The notes below the pieces were generated by a model. The model searched no databases, was not told the DNA's origin, and was given only the letters and a program-made list of their open reading frames with translations. Of a stretch of DNA of 64,000 nucleotides, positions 41,641-53,504 are shown piece after piece. The translations under genes were made by a program, and so were the position numbers. How positions within the stretch are numbered: position 1 is the stretch's first letter; the number at the start of each line of letters is the position of its first letter. The stretch covers positions 1 to 64,000 of the forward strand of contig JAAPAO010000036.1 in the NCBI GenBank assembly GCA_013115145.1, in the 5' to 3' direction. The stretch comes from Perkinsus chesapeaki ATCC PRA-425 (Eukaryota; Protista; Perkinsozoa).

Positions 41641-41697
41641 TGACTTGTGCTCGAAGTGCCCATCACCACGGTGGTGGGAATCTTTTTGTTGATAACA

Positions 41698-43567
41698 ATG
41701 GTTGCGAAGCGCGAGACCGCTGCGGAGTACCAAAAAAAGAAACGCGAGGAACGGTGGCTCGATAACATCCGCAGAAAACGCCAGACCATGTCTGCTGATG
41801 CATTGGTCAGTCTAGCAGGCACATACAGAAAACAAGGCAACGATAAATTCAGAGCCGTAATTTTCGGAATCACACGAGTAAGAACCTTACTCCCAGGGCA
41901 ACGCGCTGGAAGCACTGGACTATTACTTGTCCGCGGCTGAATACCTTAGAGGTGTGGGCAGTGCAACCAGATTACCAGAACCTCAACGGTCACTGATGTA
42001 AGCTCGGATCTGGGCAAGCATCGGCGGAGGGAGTTATGGTTAGGCAAGAGCTGCTCCCTATTCTCCATTCAAACAGCGCACAATGCTATCTTAAACTTGA
42101 ACAATGGACAGATGCAATTCGGGAAGCAACTTTGGCCATTGAGAATGACTCAAAGTATGACAATGAAGCAGAGCAGAAAGGCAAACACTACTAGGTCATC
42201 GAAGACTTACTATAGGAGAGCGATCGGTCATGCTGAGATAGGCAACATCGAAGTAGATACACTGACACGATGAGAAGCAGTGAACCTTGTCAGGCTGCGC
42301 TGGCAGATTTGGCGATGGTTAAGCGCCTCGTTCCGCCGGCACACTGGAGAGAATCACCAGCAAAAACCCTTCGACAAAAACTTAGAGGAGTTGGGGGCCG
42401 CCTAGTCTTGCCAACGGTAGCTCCGGTGCTCAAGCCTGCCAGCTTCCTGTGTGACATTCACTCGGCCCGGTGACAGGGGAGACAGCCTGTGGATGGCCAT
42501 TGTTCTGGAGCAGGAAAAACGCTGCCCGGACCTGAAGGGCAAAGGGCGGCGCGTGGTGCCACGATGAACAGGGGTAAGGGTAGGGATGCACTGAGTTGTC
42601 CGAACGAGGAGGCGGTCGCGGTACTCTAGTCACAAGCGTGCGCTCTCCTGTACTCAGATGCGCCTGAAGTTCCACCGGATAAAAGTGAGCAAACCAGAGA
42701 TCTCCACCGCGAAGTGGCAAAGCTAGTCGCTTTCGACTTGTAGCTCGGTCTTTGCCAGATGTTGGCTGCAGTTAGTGGAACTCATATAGAGACAAACAAG
42801 CAACTTGAGGCCTACGTTAATAATATAGCGGAAGACAACTTGAAGGCTCACGACAGACGCAAAACTATCATCGAGAGAAAGATAAGGTTTTGAATCAACT
42901 CGGTCCTACTCTTTTTTCACCATTTTTATAGGGAAGATGAAAAGGCAGCTGTTATTCAGCAGCACCTTCCCTCTCAGCTAGATACGAATGGCGAAGGCTC
43001 CTTCTCTTCAAGCACTGTGGACGTGTGGAAGCTTGTTGTACATCGTATCAGTGAGCAGCTGATAGTGAGACCTGTATTCTTGCCTATCATGAAATGGTGT
43101 TTTGTATTCAGGGTAAAAGTGTTCTCATAGATTCGGGGCGCGTTACTTGTGTGGACGTGCTAGACTTCGAAGGAGAAGCATACGTTCTCATCTACCTTGC
43201 CAAAAATAGGTCTTTCTATGACTTCGACTTCACGGTTGTTTGGGAATTATGCGATTCCGCAAATATTATGAGACCATCGACCGCTGAGGAGCTTATTTCG
43301 TCATCGCCCCCATGGCTGCCACCACCGAAGACAGATATCTCAGGTGGTGTTTTTCAATTAGATCTAACTCCGATATTCTCAATAAGTCTAGTTCTTTCTA
43401 TCGTAGGTGCCTTTGGGCGTGGTACTTTTGTTGTTCACGTCAGTAGCGAAAGCGAGCCAGTAATGCGGATTGACCAGCGGAACGTCGAGCACGGGAATGA
43501 CGATCATTCAGCCGAGTTAGAAGCCATTGTCACCCATGCGGTTGCAGAACTTGAAATGGCACGCTGA
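41698..43567 (+). CDS. TPR-domain (Hsp90-binding type) + Aha1 N-terminal-like domain protein
   Basis: TPRs: TYRKQGNDKFRAGNALEALDYYLSA, LHSNSAQCYLKLEQWTDAIREATLAIEND, SKTYYRRAIGHAEIGNIEAALADL. C-terminal VTCVDVLDFEGEAYVLIYLAKNRSFYDFDFTVVWE. I could join the halves with canonical in-frame introns. Confidence 0.7.
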
Positions 43568-44438
43568 CCTCCAAACTAAGATCTCACTATTGTTGCGTTG
43601 ATGGGCTGCTCACAATGGCTCAAAGTGATTCTATCACTCTGTGACTTGAATATGCTCCTCTGGTATTTAGTAACGACTTGGACGTTAGCAGAGACACGCA
43701 ACTATCGAACACAACCCCTGTAGAAGGTGAACGTTGGCGAGAAGCATCACATTCCATGCAAAGCTGCCGGGACTGCTTTCGGCTCGCCTGTTAACAGGCC
43801 TGCAGCAACAAGCAAGCTAATGGAGCAGCAACCCATCAGGGATTTCACATCAGCACTTAGGCCGGGAACGGTTTCTTACCCGCGTCAACTCGGAGATCAT
43901 CTTGCTCATCGAACGATCCACAACCCTGAGAACTCACCACTCAGAGGGAATGAGGTAACGTATCGGCTACTTGTAGAACAACATCACCCGTGCGGCCGCC
44001 ATGCAAGCACTCAATGCGGAAAACTGATCGATAAAAGATCGCGTCCTTCGGCATGAATGATATCCGTATGCGCTGTGGCTCGTATCTGTTTCCCCATAGA
44101 TTTAACCGACTCTACGGAACAAGTTTTGCGTCATACTTCGCGCTGTCGGCGTGATTCCTAGCTCGAGGCATCAAAGACTCTCCGACCTGAGTCGACGCTG
44201 AATACGTTCGTGCGTCTCTACTGTAACTTACGCATTTAGCTGCAAGCGGCAGCTTACGGAAGGGGACGGAGGGTCCATACACAATGCCTTCTGTTGCTGG
44301 ATGTATGCTGAATACAGAAGAGTCGTCAGCGGACCTGAGGGGGTCCGCGGTTGGTCACAACACAGGTTTGACCGCGACCAACTCGCGAGACGCTCAAGTC
44401 ATACTGTGACAGGAAAGTCAGTACAATTAGAATTAATA

Positions 44439-44510
44439 GCACCGTTGGTCTAATGGTTAGGATATCTGCCTTCCAAGCAGATGGTCCGGGTTCAATTCCC
44501 GGACGGTGCA
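44439..44510 (+). tRNA. trnG-TCC: tRNA-Gly(TCC)
   Basis: Acceptor stem GCACCGT/ACGGTGC, anticodon arm TCTGC-CTTCCAA-GCAGA, T arm CCGGG-TTCAATT-CCCGG. Confidence 0.97.
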
Positions 44511-44585
44511 ATATTAACGTACCTCAAAATCTCTTGTTCTGCCATTGAAAGTCTGCTTTTGCCGGACAAACCTTGTTTGAGGGTG

Positions 44586-47500
44586 TCAGAGCTCAAACGC
44601 TCCATTTTCCACATGCATGGAACGAAGTTCTTCGCTGACAAGACCTGCAACAAAATTCACCGATCCGATGAATTTCATGGGCAAGCCTCTCCAATTAATC
44701 TATCATCCGGGCTCACCAGCTCCCGGACATTCTCGACGATACTGTGAACGTTCCTTATACCGAAATCCACAACAATTGGCGGAACTTTGAACGGCGAGCA
44801 GTAAACCTGAGCAGACAAGCGACAGTCGCACCAGACCCTAGTGACCGGAGTGGTTCTGGCGGATGATTGCGAGGGAACAGGGAGGACAACTCACATCCGG
44901 GGAGATGACCAGAGGAGGCTCGTTATGGTACTCCTCGACAATGTCGAGGCTCAAGTCTGGGAGTGTACAAACTCCGACCAACTCTACATGCTCCTCACAA
45001 GTAGGAGTGAGGGCATCATCCTGAAGCAAAGTAACCCTCTATCAGTAAACTATACTCCTACATCTCCCGGATATTCAACGGTGAGGCTACCTGAAGAGTG
45101 GTTCAACTTTAAGCAGACTTGTCTTGTCCGTACCAACCACATTCACCACAGGCTTCCACTTCTCCGTGATCTCTTCTATCCTTTTTTCGAGCGCGGGCCG
45201 CTCCAAGTGAAGTCGAAGGTCCTCAAGATCAGGTGGGATCTGGGCGACATTATCGTACTGGTTCTGCTGCATGGATGCATTACGAACTCAACGGTAACGG
45301 TGGCTGACTCTTGCGGCCAAATCTTGTAGAACTCGGAAGATGAACTATCGCTGTCTCCGCTCCACCGAGGTCGAGTGCGCCGGACCTGTGCAGACATGGA
45401 AAATAGACGAAGATCCCTCTGAACTTCTCACATCAATCAAGCGAATACGGAAGTACTCGCATCCCGGAGGACCACTTGTTGTTGCACACCGGAATCGACA
45501 CACTATAGGGGTTTTAGATGTGTTACTATAGCATACAGACCTTCTGTAGATGCGGTTGTGGAGCCGATACCTGACCGCCACATCGAGGGTGAGCCGACTG
45601 TGAAGGGTTGCTCACGCTCTCGGACTCGGCACAGTCCCCCAAGGCCTATCAGGCTCTCCTCCGACATTCGGATGATGAAAGAATTGGAAGCGCTTTCTGC
45701 CATCTTTATCGGCTTTCTTATCAACTTGTAAAGTTGGCCGGATGACTTCCGCACTGATGTCTACTGTGATCGAACCTGGCTGATCACCCTCACTCCACTC
45801 TACAGAACTACACCTGGCAAACCTGCGTCCATTCCGTTTATGAATGCCGATGCTTGGGCCCACTGCAAAGTATAACTGCTGCCCTCAAGGCCGAGCTCTG
45901 CATCGCCGCTGTCACCATCGGTCTGGTTTGCAGTGAAGTCGGGCCCCAGCCGCCTCACCTACGGATAAGGTGCGATATTGTAGCCGACTATCCCAGGCAT
46001 CGTACTTCTTCTTCAGCGGTCAGCTCGATGAGCCTCTTCATAGACTGTCGGTGACGCTCGGCTTCCTCTCTCTCTCGTACCGAGTCCGCCGACTCTACAT
46101 GATAGATACCGGTGCCCACAAGTCGGTACCTTCACGTCAAGGTATGCTCCACATCCTGGACAGCAATGGCTTACTTCTGTATTCCCATTCGCCCTCCTTG
46201 CATTGTAATGATGAATCTTGAGCAACCTCGGGCTGGAATTAGCAACTCAGGAGGGTTCACGACGATCGGGAAGATGTCTGTTCATTCGACGTTGCCCAGC
46301 TGAGCCAATCATCGGAATCACCTTGACTATCCACAAGCTGATCTGCCGGCTTCGCCTGCCCAGTAGAGGAGACACCTGGGCTCACAAACGATCTCAATCA
46401 GCCTCGAATGAGGTCCCTACCTCGCTCTCCAGCGACAAGCGTGTGGCGGCCAATGTGCCTCTCAATCGCCTCGGTTGTAGAGGCGTGCCACGTGAGCCGG
46501 ACTGCGCAGTTGGAGTCGTTCTTTATTAGCAAGTTCCGGAGGGATGTCCCTGCTCGGAGGCCCTTCCTCTGTGACACAGAATTCTCACTCACCTTGCTTG
46601 AAGGCTAGTTGGCTCATATCTAGGAGCTTAGGAGATGCTTCGTCATCAACGGCTACTTGCCTCGGTGGGATCGAAAGTGGGCAGCCTTTGAAGTGGCATA
46701 TCAGTGGCACACGGAACCTCAACATCAGGTGCATAATACAACAACAAACACCACCGCCTCCTACTCGGGCATCTTGTCAATGCGCAATGACAACTCATCG
46801 CTCAGTTCAAAGGCCACAGTGCTACGTACGTTGCACTGGATGAGGGCAATGACCGGCTACCCACTGCAGCAGCAGCTTACTTCTATGTTAGTTGTAGCAA
46901 ACGGGTGTAGGGTTGTGCATGCCGGGGAGATAATAACCGAGTAGAGATCCATCCCCGCCTGGAGCAGCCCATCTCTCGGGAATGTAGGCGGCATGCCTCG
47001 AGGTTTAGCCTATGCTCAGGTCAACGGAAGTTATAGTTGAGCCTCTTACTCGTTCATGAACGTCATCGAGGAGCATCCGGGGACAGCTATCACTCGCAGG
47101 CGACAATTCTTCCCTTGAGGTTGGTACCTGCTAAAGGAGAACGCGAGATATCATGTGTGCGAGATACTCTCAACCCACTGGAAGCTCCAACTTCCGATAC
47201 TTCACCACGTTAGTCTGACAGTGAGTAGGAAACAATATTGGTTAGCAGCACTGCACTGTTGAAACCGTTACCTTCAGCGCCATGGCTATACCGCTAGTGT
47301 TTTTCACTTCAAGGAGCAACCTTTTCTCAGTCAACAGGCTGACTGAGCTGAAATTGAGCTCTACCTTGTCGTGGGGGCCATCTGCGGCACGTGTGATTGT
47401 GGACTGCGATACAGGGTTGAGGTACCTCCTCCCTGCATCACATCTTCGGCACCGATGACGGTCATCTCGATCGACGGCCCGAAAGCGGTGGCCGAGATTT

Positions 47501-49063
47501 CTATTATCTGGCAGGTAGGGCAGCATCTATGGACGTCCACAGGCAATGAAGCTCACATCGTTATAGATGGCATCTGGGCATATTAGCTTTGCCGACGAGA
47601 GGAGCGATTTAGAAGTAGGCTCGTACGTCCGAGACTGAGAGCACAGAACTCGGGCGGCTCATGAAAGAGCGGCCATACGGCAAGCTGTGGGGCTTTGTCT
47701 GCTTTGACTAGGGAGTCTTTGGGGACAATAGTGACTGAACTTGAATCCGTCCAGGGAATCTCTCCGTGGATGTTACCAGTAACAGTTGCCTTTTGCCTCC
47801 CTGGCAGCACTCCCTTTGGGGGGTTGAACTTCAGTACCATGCTGGTAGTAGTATCTTATGCTCAGACGGTCATCCATGCTTTTTACTAGTAGCTCACCTC
47901 CACCACTGGGAGACCATTCAAATGAAGTTGGAAGGTCTGTCGGGTTGTGCAGGACCTGGAAGTACCCCGCTGAGGATGCATGAGGCAGCAGCTCTTGTCT
48001 ACTATCGTTTGTGGGTCCGATTCTACTCCAGCGTAAGCCTTGTCCCAGGCCAGTTGCTTCGTTGACAGCATTACTCTAGGCAGTTGGATCTATCGGACAT
48101 GTTGATTGTTCAACAAGCGTTACGGATTGACCTCTGCCTCAACTTCTATAGACTGCACGAGCGTCTCTTCACCGTTCTTCTTTTGCCACCATCCAAATGG
48201 CCGGAGGTGAAGGAACTGGTGAAATCTGAGACTTATTCTCACTCAGCCAGAGTGCAAGCTGATGACCTTGTGCCCTTGTGTCCGGTTTTGAGGAGGACCC
48301 GAATTGTCAACTGAGATTCAGCGCACGTCTCTGGTCGTGAGCATTACCCTTACCGTGTCGCCAGGTTCGACAAGTGCAACCTGCGGTGTCACGTAGAGGG
48401 AGGATCCCGCTTGAACCGATCTAGATGCCTCTGCGGTACATTCGCATCGAGCACAGGTGTTAACTGAAAGTGTCAATTTAATTAACATGCAGCTCGCCCA
48501 ATTCGATCACAGGTAGCTGTAACCCTGTGATCCTCTTTCTCCAAGTAGGAGAAGTCTATCTCCTCCGTAGCGCCTGTCTTGTACTTCAGCATGTCATCAG
48601 GGTTCATCTTTTCTATCTGATTCCCTGACATTCGCTCAGTCGCTAGTGTTAGTTGACTACATCAGCGACACTGCACGCCGCGAGTCGCTGGAAGCACTCC
48701 TGGTCATTGGCTTTTTGTGCTTCAAGCGTCTCCTCACAGTTATCTGCGACCATTCTTACCTACAGCCGTATACGTAAACGTTCTATCGTTCGATATTGTT
48801 TACTAGCGATCGTCTGGCGGTGGGGTTATGTACTTCAACTTCCATGGATACTTCTGAATGAGCTCTAATCTGACGCGTGCTTGTTGCAAGTTCCGTGGTT
48901 GCCGTGACTTACAACGCCGAAATCTAGGATGGCAGCTTTAGAGAATACGCAATAACCGTGGGCTCCTAAGGCGACATCGTTCCATTCGTGACCATCGTGA
49001 GCTTCGTGTACCCTCCAAGATTTTCTCTTTTATCGACTCTCGTAGTAAACGCGTCGTTGGCAT
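44586..49063 (-). CDS. Large multi-exon protein with Ig-like ASH/MSP-type repeats, probably ciliary (Hydin/CFAP47/65/74/DLEC1-like class; family not resolved)
   Basis: SLYVTPQVALVEPGDTLTIRVLL, LKFNPPKGVLPGRQKATVT and VELNFSSVSLLTEKRLLLEVKNTS fit ASH-domain patterns. The plus-strand ORFs here look like antisense shadows. Confidence 0.5.
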
Positions 49064-49289
49064 TAAGCTGGTCGAAATGGCCTGGTGATCCTCCATAAAG
49101 TCGGGCCACTCCAGACCTATGCTCTAGCGGCCTTTACCGTGAACGCTTTCCGCAATTGTTAATTCACTAACGCACGGTAACAACAGAGCATGAAACGGGC
49201 GATTGACAGTAATAAAACTACATACTGTTAACTAGTAACGTGACTACCTCTCATTCGTGGGCCAATGGAAAAGATGAAGCCCAACACAT

Positions 49290-50480
49290 TTACTGATAAA
49301 CTACGCTAATATCCCCTCTCGAGCCATCACATGCGATGACGTGCCCACATGGGCTCACTCTGTACTCGTAGCTTTCCAATGGCCCATAACGAAGACAGAA
49401 TAATTCCTTCCCTTCGACATCATCGTCATCACGACTCGTTGACTGCGCATTTTCAATGACCTCTTTCTCTCTGGCTTCTTCTCGTTCTTCTAAAACGCGA
49501 CGCTGCTGGTTGAATTTTTTCAGAAAGTAAGTCTCATCACGATTCTGATCAGGTTCCACGGGCGGAGCGGCAAGAGCTTCCCTGATAGTATCCAGCCTCA
49601 TCAAGACGATCTCGATTCCCATACAGCAGTCCATCACACATATCGTCACAGGAGTAATGAATCGCACCATCCGAACTGGCTCCCCAGACACGTAGCGTCC
49701 TTTGATATCCCCGTCCTCGTCCACAATGAACACAGTAGAGTCGTCATCAGTGGCGAAGACATATTGCAGTTTCCCTTCGTAGTTCCTTATAACGTCAAAG
49801 TCGGACACAATCTGTGGGCCAGCGCCAAGTGTCCGCCAAGTCTTGGTCTGCGGGCTGTACTCAACGAACACGGGATGAGGCTCGCAGCCAGCACAGGCAT
49901 AGATCTTCCCATCAAAGCATGTTATGTGAGCCAAAACCTCGTCGAGATCCTCGATGACGAGCTCTTCATCTCTGGTCTTGATAAAGTGCAAGCCCCACTT
50001 CCTGTAGGACATCTCAGGATCGTCTAAAGGAAAACAGAAAGCCTCGAATGCAGCCCTATCCCTGGCTTCGGACGCTCTAGCAGCCGCTGCAATACGAATT
50101 AAAATATCGTCATCATCATCATCATCCAAGTCAAGACTGTCATCGTCGTCGTTATCCGAGAAGGAGAAATCGCCGCGCCTTTTTCGTCCATAATCATCAT
50201 CAAGGTCAGAGAACTCGATCTCCTCTACACTGTAGACTTCCTTTCTGAGCTCATCCACGGCGATCTGCTTACGGCTGATAACATTTTGACGCCACCAAGA
50301 GTCCTTTATTTTGCAGCACTGCCAGCACTTTGTATAGTGACCGAAGTCGAGCTCTACCGGCTCTCGGCGGCCAATAAAGTCTAAAACTACGCGACGGAGA
50401 GGCTTGTCGACGCCGACGGCATCCATGGTCTTATCAAGGGCCATCAGGTCAACAGCAAGATTGTAGGATCCTCTGACCAT
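49290..50480 (-). CDS. Intronless hypothetical protein: F-box-like N-terminal helix, Asp-rich linker, beta-propeller-like C-terminus
   Basis: Single uninterrupted ORF. VDKPLRRVVLDFIG near the start, DDDDDDD tract, then repeated short beta strands (FDGKIYAC, STVFIVDEDG). Confidence 0.7.
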   Translation of the reverse strand: MVRGSYNLAVDLMALDKTMDAVGVDKPLRRVVLDFIGRREPVELDFGHYTKCWQCCKIKDSWWRQNVISRKQIAVDELRKEVYSVEEIEFSDLDDDYGRKRRGDFSFSDNDDDDSLDLDDDDDDDILIRIAAAARASEARDRAAFEAFCFPLDDPEMSYRKWGLHFIKTRDEELVIEDLDEVLAHITCFDGKIYACAGCEPHPVFVEYSPQTKTWRTLGAGPQIVSDFDVIRNYEGKLQYVFATDDDSTVFIVDEDGDIKGRYVSGEPVRMVRFITPVTICVMDCCMGIEIVLMRLDTIREALAAPPVEPDQNRDETYFLKKFNQQRRVLEEREEAREKEVIENAQSTSRDDDDVEGKELFCLRYGPLESYEYRVSPCGHVIACDGSRGDISVVYQ

Positions 50481-50978
50481 GCCCACAAAGTAACGCTGAA
50501 GTGCGGATAATGATGACCCCACGCCTAGAAATAAGTAATATTCCAACGCCGATCAACGATGACCCAATCAGTGAGTGCTCTACAAGGACAACAACGTTAC
50601 GGCTGTGTGATAGCATCGGCTATCACCAAGCGACGGTCCCCTAACAATTTGTTAACAGAGTTCAGAAAAAAGGTTGCTCTTGGGCTGGGCGTGCGCTAAA
50701 TTAACAGCGCATAATCCTATGGGACGCAAATCTCGGCTTGATTGCTTCATAAGGCTGAGAATCACACCTGCATCGTTTGATATTTCAGTTCTTACATTTT
50801 GTTGTCAACACATCCACCCACAGATATTAGATACGTACCATTATGGTTCAGCATGCTGATGTTAGCATGCATACAGAGGAACACCACCACGTAATCACCA
50901 CACTTTTCCTCTTATATGCTTACAACACTAATACCTAATTGTGTGTCCTACCTCTATTAGGGCCTAACACACTGGTTC

Positions 50979-52250
50979 ATGTCCCTCGATCTAAGTCACC
51001 TTTCCGTACCAGTAGTGTGTGCTATTGGTACTGGCATCGGCCTGCTACATGCCCTATCTGGCCCAGATCATCTAGCCGGTAAGCTTCCCACTACATTTTC
51101 AGCACAATTCTGTAACCATTGCAAGCTGCTGATCATTTCCTATGTTCTTAGCACTAATCCCTCTGTCGGTTAGCCTACCGAAGCTCAGATCGTTCGAGCT
51201 TGGAATCGCCTGGGGCGCCGGACACGGTTTAGGTGTTGGGGTAAGACCCACTTCGCTGTCTATGCTGAATTGGTCTGCAGGTGCTAGCTGTGCTGATCTT
51301 TGCTATCAAGGATATCACCAAGGTAGGACAGGAGCATTCAAGTCGTGTGCATTGATCAACCTTAGATTCAATTTCTCGACAAGTATATGGACCTCGCGGT
51401 CGGTGTGACTATAATAATCATTGGATTGTACGTTACGTTAACGTATCTCGTTCAAACTTATTGTCATTTATAGTGTTGCCATCTACGAGGCTAAAAGTTA
51501 CAGCAAGCTTCATCATCATAACCACTCTGTCGAGTGCAGCCACGCATGCGACCATGAACACGCAGTTGAGAAAGATGTTGAGCATATCGGTGAGTGCCCC
51601 AAGGAGTCTGATGCCCTATGCGAAGAGGAATCGGACGAATGCGGTAACTGTCCTTGGCAGCAGCATCGCGAAGTATGTCTGTCTCGACATACTAGATACT
51701 AGGAGCACTTCTGCTGGTGAGCCATGCTGCGCCGCCTCACAGGCATTGGCCGAAGCTGCATCGAGTGGCCGTGGGCAGGCCAGTTTAATATGGCTCACTC
51801 TTACCACCGGAGTCATCCACGGCCTCAGCGGGTACTTTATCATTTCTAGCATTTTTCTCTAATGCTGATTACAGATGCGGTCATATATTTGGTATACTCC
51901 CAGCCCTTGCCTTGCATAGATGGCAGCTCTTCTGTGGTTATATCGTCACGTTCTGTATAGGCTGTTGTATCGGCATGGGTAAGTAGTAGTTGTGCATGTT
52001 GCTTACGCTGTTATTATCACAAGATTTTTCCCACAACAACTGGTTCTTAGGTGCATTTTGTGTGCTCATATCGGCGGCGTCCAAGTCCTTGGTTCAGAGG
52101 TTTCAGAGACCCGAACTTCCGAGCGATCTGGCATTCTGGTAGGACAGCTTCATCAGTTTAAAGCTCTATCGTATTGACGACAGGTGTGGTGTTGTTGCTG
52201 TTATCTTCGGTATAGTTTGGGTCACCGTGGTTTTGCTGTGGCATGGCTAA
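50979..52250 (+). CDS. Nickel/cobalt transporter-like membrane protein (UreH/NicO/RcnA-related) with His/Cys-rich loop
   Basis: GLLHALSGPDHLAAL, WGAGHG, GVIHGLSGCGHIFGILPAL. All exons join in frame with GT-AG introns. Confidence 0.85.
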
Positions 52251-52856
52251 GCTGTTATGTGCTGATGTGTGGTTCTTAGTTCACTTGAGTTCTCAGTGAA
52301 GTGGCTAAAGGTTTTGTGAAGACGTGCATCACCGGGTTCGGTTAACTAGTTAGTTGATGTGGGACTAGAGGCTCAGATGCGTTAACACAACAGGAGGCAC
52401 CTTGAGGGATAGTAAGCCTACGCTAGAGATAGTAGTGATAACCAAGAACACACCAAGGGCAGGCGATAATCAACCGCGCCGGTCGCTTAGCTATAGATTA
52501 GTATAACACATAGACTGCGCAGAATCCTACAACACGCGGATCGAGGCGACGAACCTTGCGACGGCAGAAATAGACATCTGCTAGATTAGAGCAATAAATT
52601 CGGTTACTATGCGGGATAGATGCTCGTTGCAGCACAGGTCTACGGTCCAGTATAAGTGATTACTTGCCCCCGGGAATCCACCAAGTTAGTAGAGCTCTGC
52701 ACGTGCAACAGAGTTTGTTGCACGTTGTCGCAGTTTGTCGCACACAATGTTGTGAGCTTCGACACCTAACCTTATTTATTGTACTTGTTTCCAAGAGCTT
52801 ATGGATAGCTCCCGGTGAGTAGCTCATTTCGTCATTATGACTTCTCGTGTATCAGA

Positions 52857-52928
52857 GCACGTAGCAAGGATGAGTACTCGATTAGGGTTCTCGCACGTAG
52901 CAAGGATGAGTACTCGATTAGGGTTCTC
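52857..52928. repeat. Perfect 36-bp tandem duplication (GCACGTAGCAAGGATGAGTACTCGATTAGGGTTCTC x2)
   Basis: Copies read directly at 52857-52892 and 52893-52928. Confidence 0.95.
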
Positions 52929-53123
52929 GCACCGCACGTGTACCACCACCAGTGGAGCGCGCCCCTTCCTAATCACTTAAGCGTGAGGCGTCTCCATAAG
53001 CTGCGTGGAACTAGTGAAACCTCATCAATTATGGTTGATAGTCGAGTCCCGGCTTCCAGTCCGGGCAGAGGGTTTTACGATCCCGAGGCTTTTTTTATCA
53101 TTAGTTGCTTCGTCTCAACAACA

Positions 53124-53504
53124 ATGCATCTCTTTTCCACCGCCGTCACCTTGGTCGCCTCTCTCTTGGGTAACTCCTTGGCCCAAAACTATGGCACCTA
53201 CTCTCAGTGCTATGCGAATCGCACACCATTGAGCAAGATCGATGTTTCTAAGAGTGGCATTAGGTTCCACTTCAGGGCTATCAACGAAGAAACTTATGAG
53301 AAACCAGCCGCTGTGTATGGACCGTATTCGTATTCCTTTTTTGATGGTGAGGTCATAAGCCCCAATATACATGAGGACGATCCCATACTTGTCGATTATG
53401 CGGCGTACCTGAGCTCCAGCTCGTTTTATTCAATTGCATACTATAACAACGAACTATATATACATTCCTTGAGGGGCGGAGGTACCCAACCATATTGTCA
53501 ATAG
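53124..53504 (+). CDS. Small intronless secreted protein (signal peptide), lineage-specific
   Basis: MHLFSTAVTLVASLLGNSLA|QNYGTY signal-peptide pattern, 126 aa, two Cys near the two ends of the mature chain. Confidence 0.75.
   Translation: MHLFSTAVTLVASLLGNSLAQNYGTYSQCYANRTPLSKIDVSKSGIRFHFRAINEETYEKPAAVYGPYSYSFFDGEVISPNIHEDDPILVDYAAYLSSSSFYSIAYYNNELYIHSLRGGGTQPYCQ

Noticed and set aside
43600-44430. snRNA or small gene upstream of tRNA-Gly (hairpins at 44329-44382, GTAAG donors on the minus strand)
   Set aside because: No Sm site or snRNA consensus, and the exon fragments could not be joined into a convincing ORF. Left unannotated.
44841-47889. Plus-strand ORFs at 44.8-47.9 kb as independent genes
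   Set aside because: Splice signals and protein-like exons are on the minus strand, and the plus ORFs have no recognisable motifs.
52857-52928. CRISPR-length (36-bp) repeat or telomeric seed (contains TTAGGGTT)
   Set aside because: Only two abutting copies, no spacer, and a single TTAGGG per unit.
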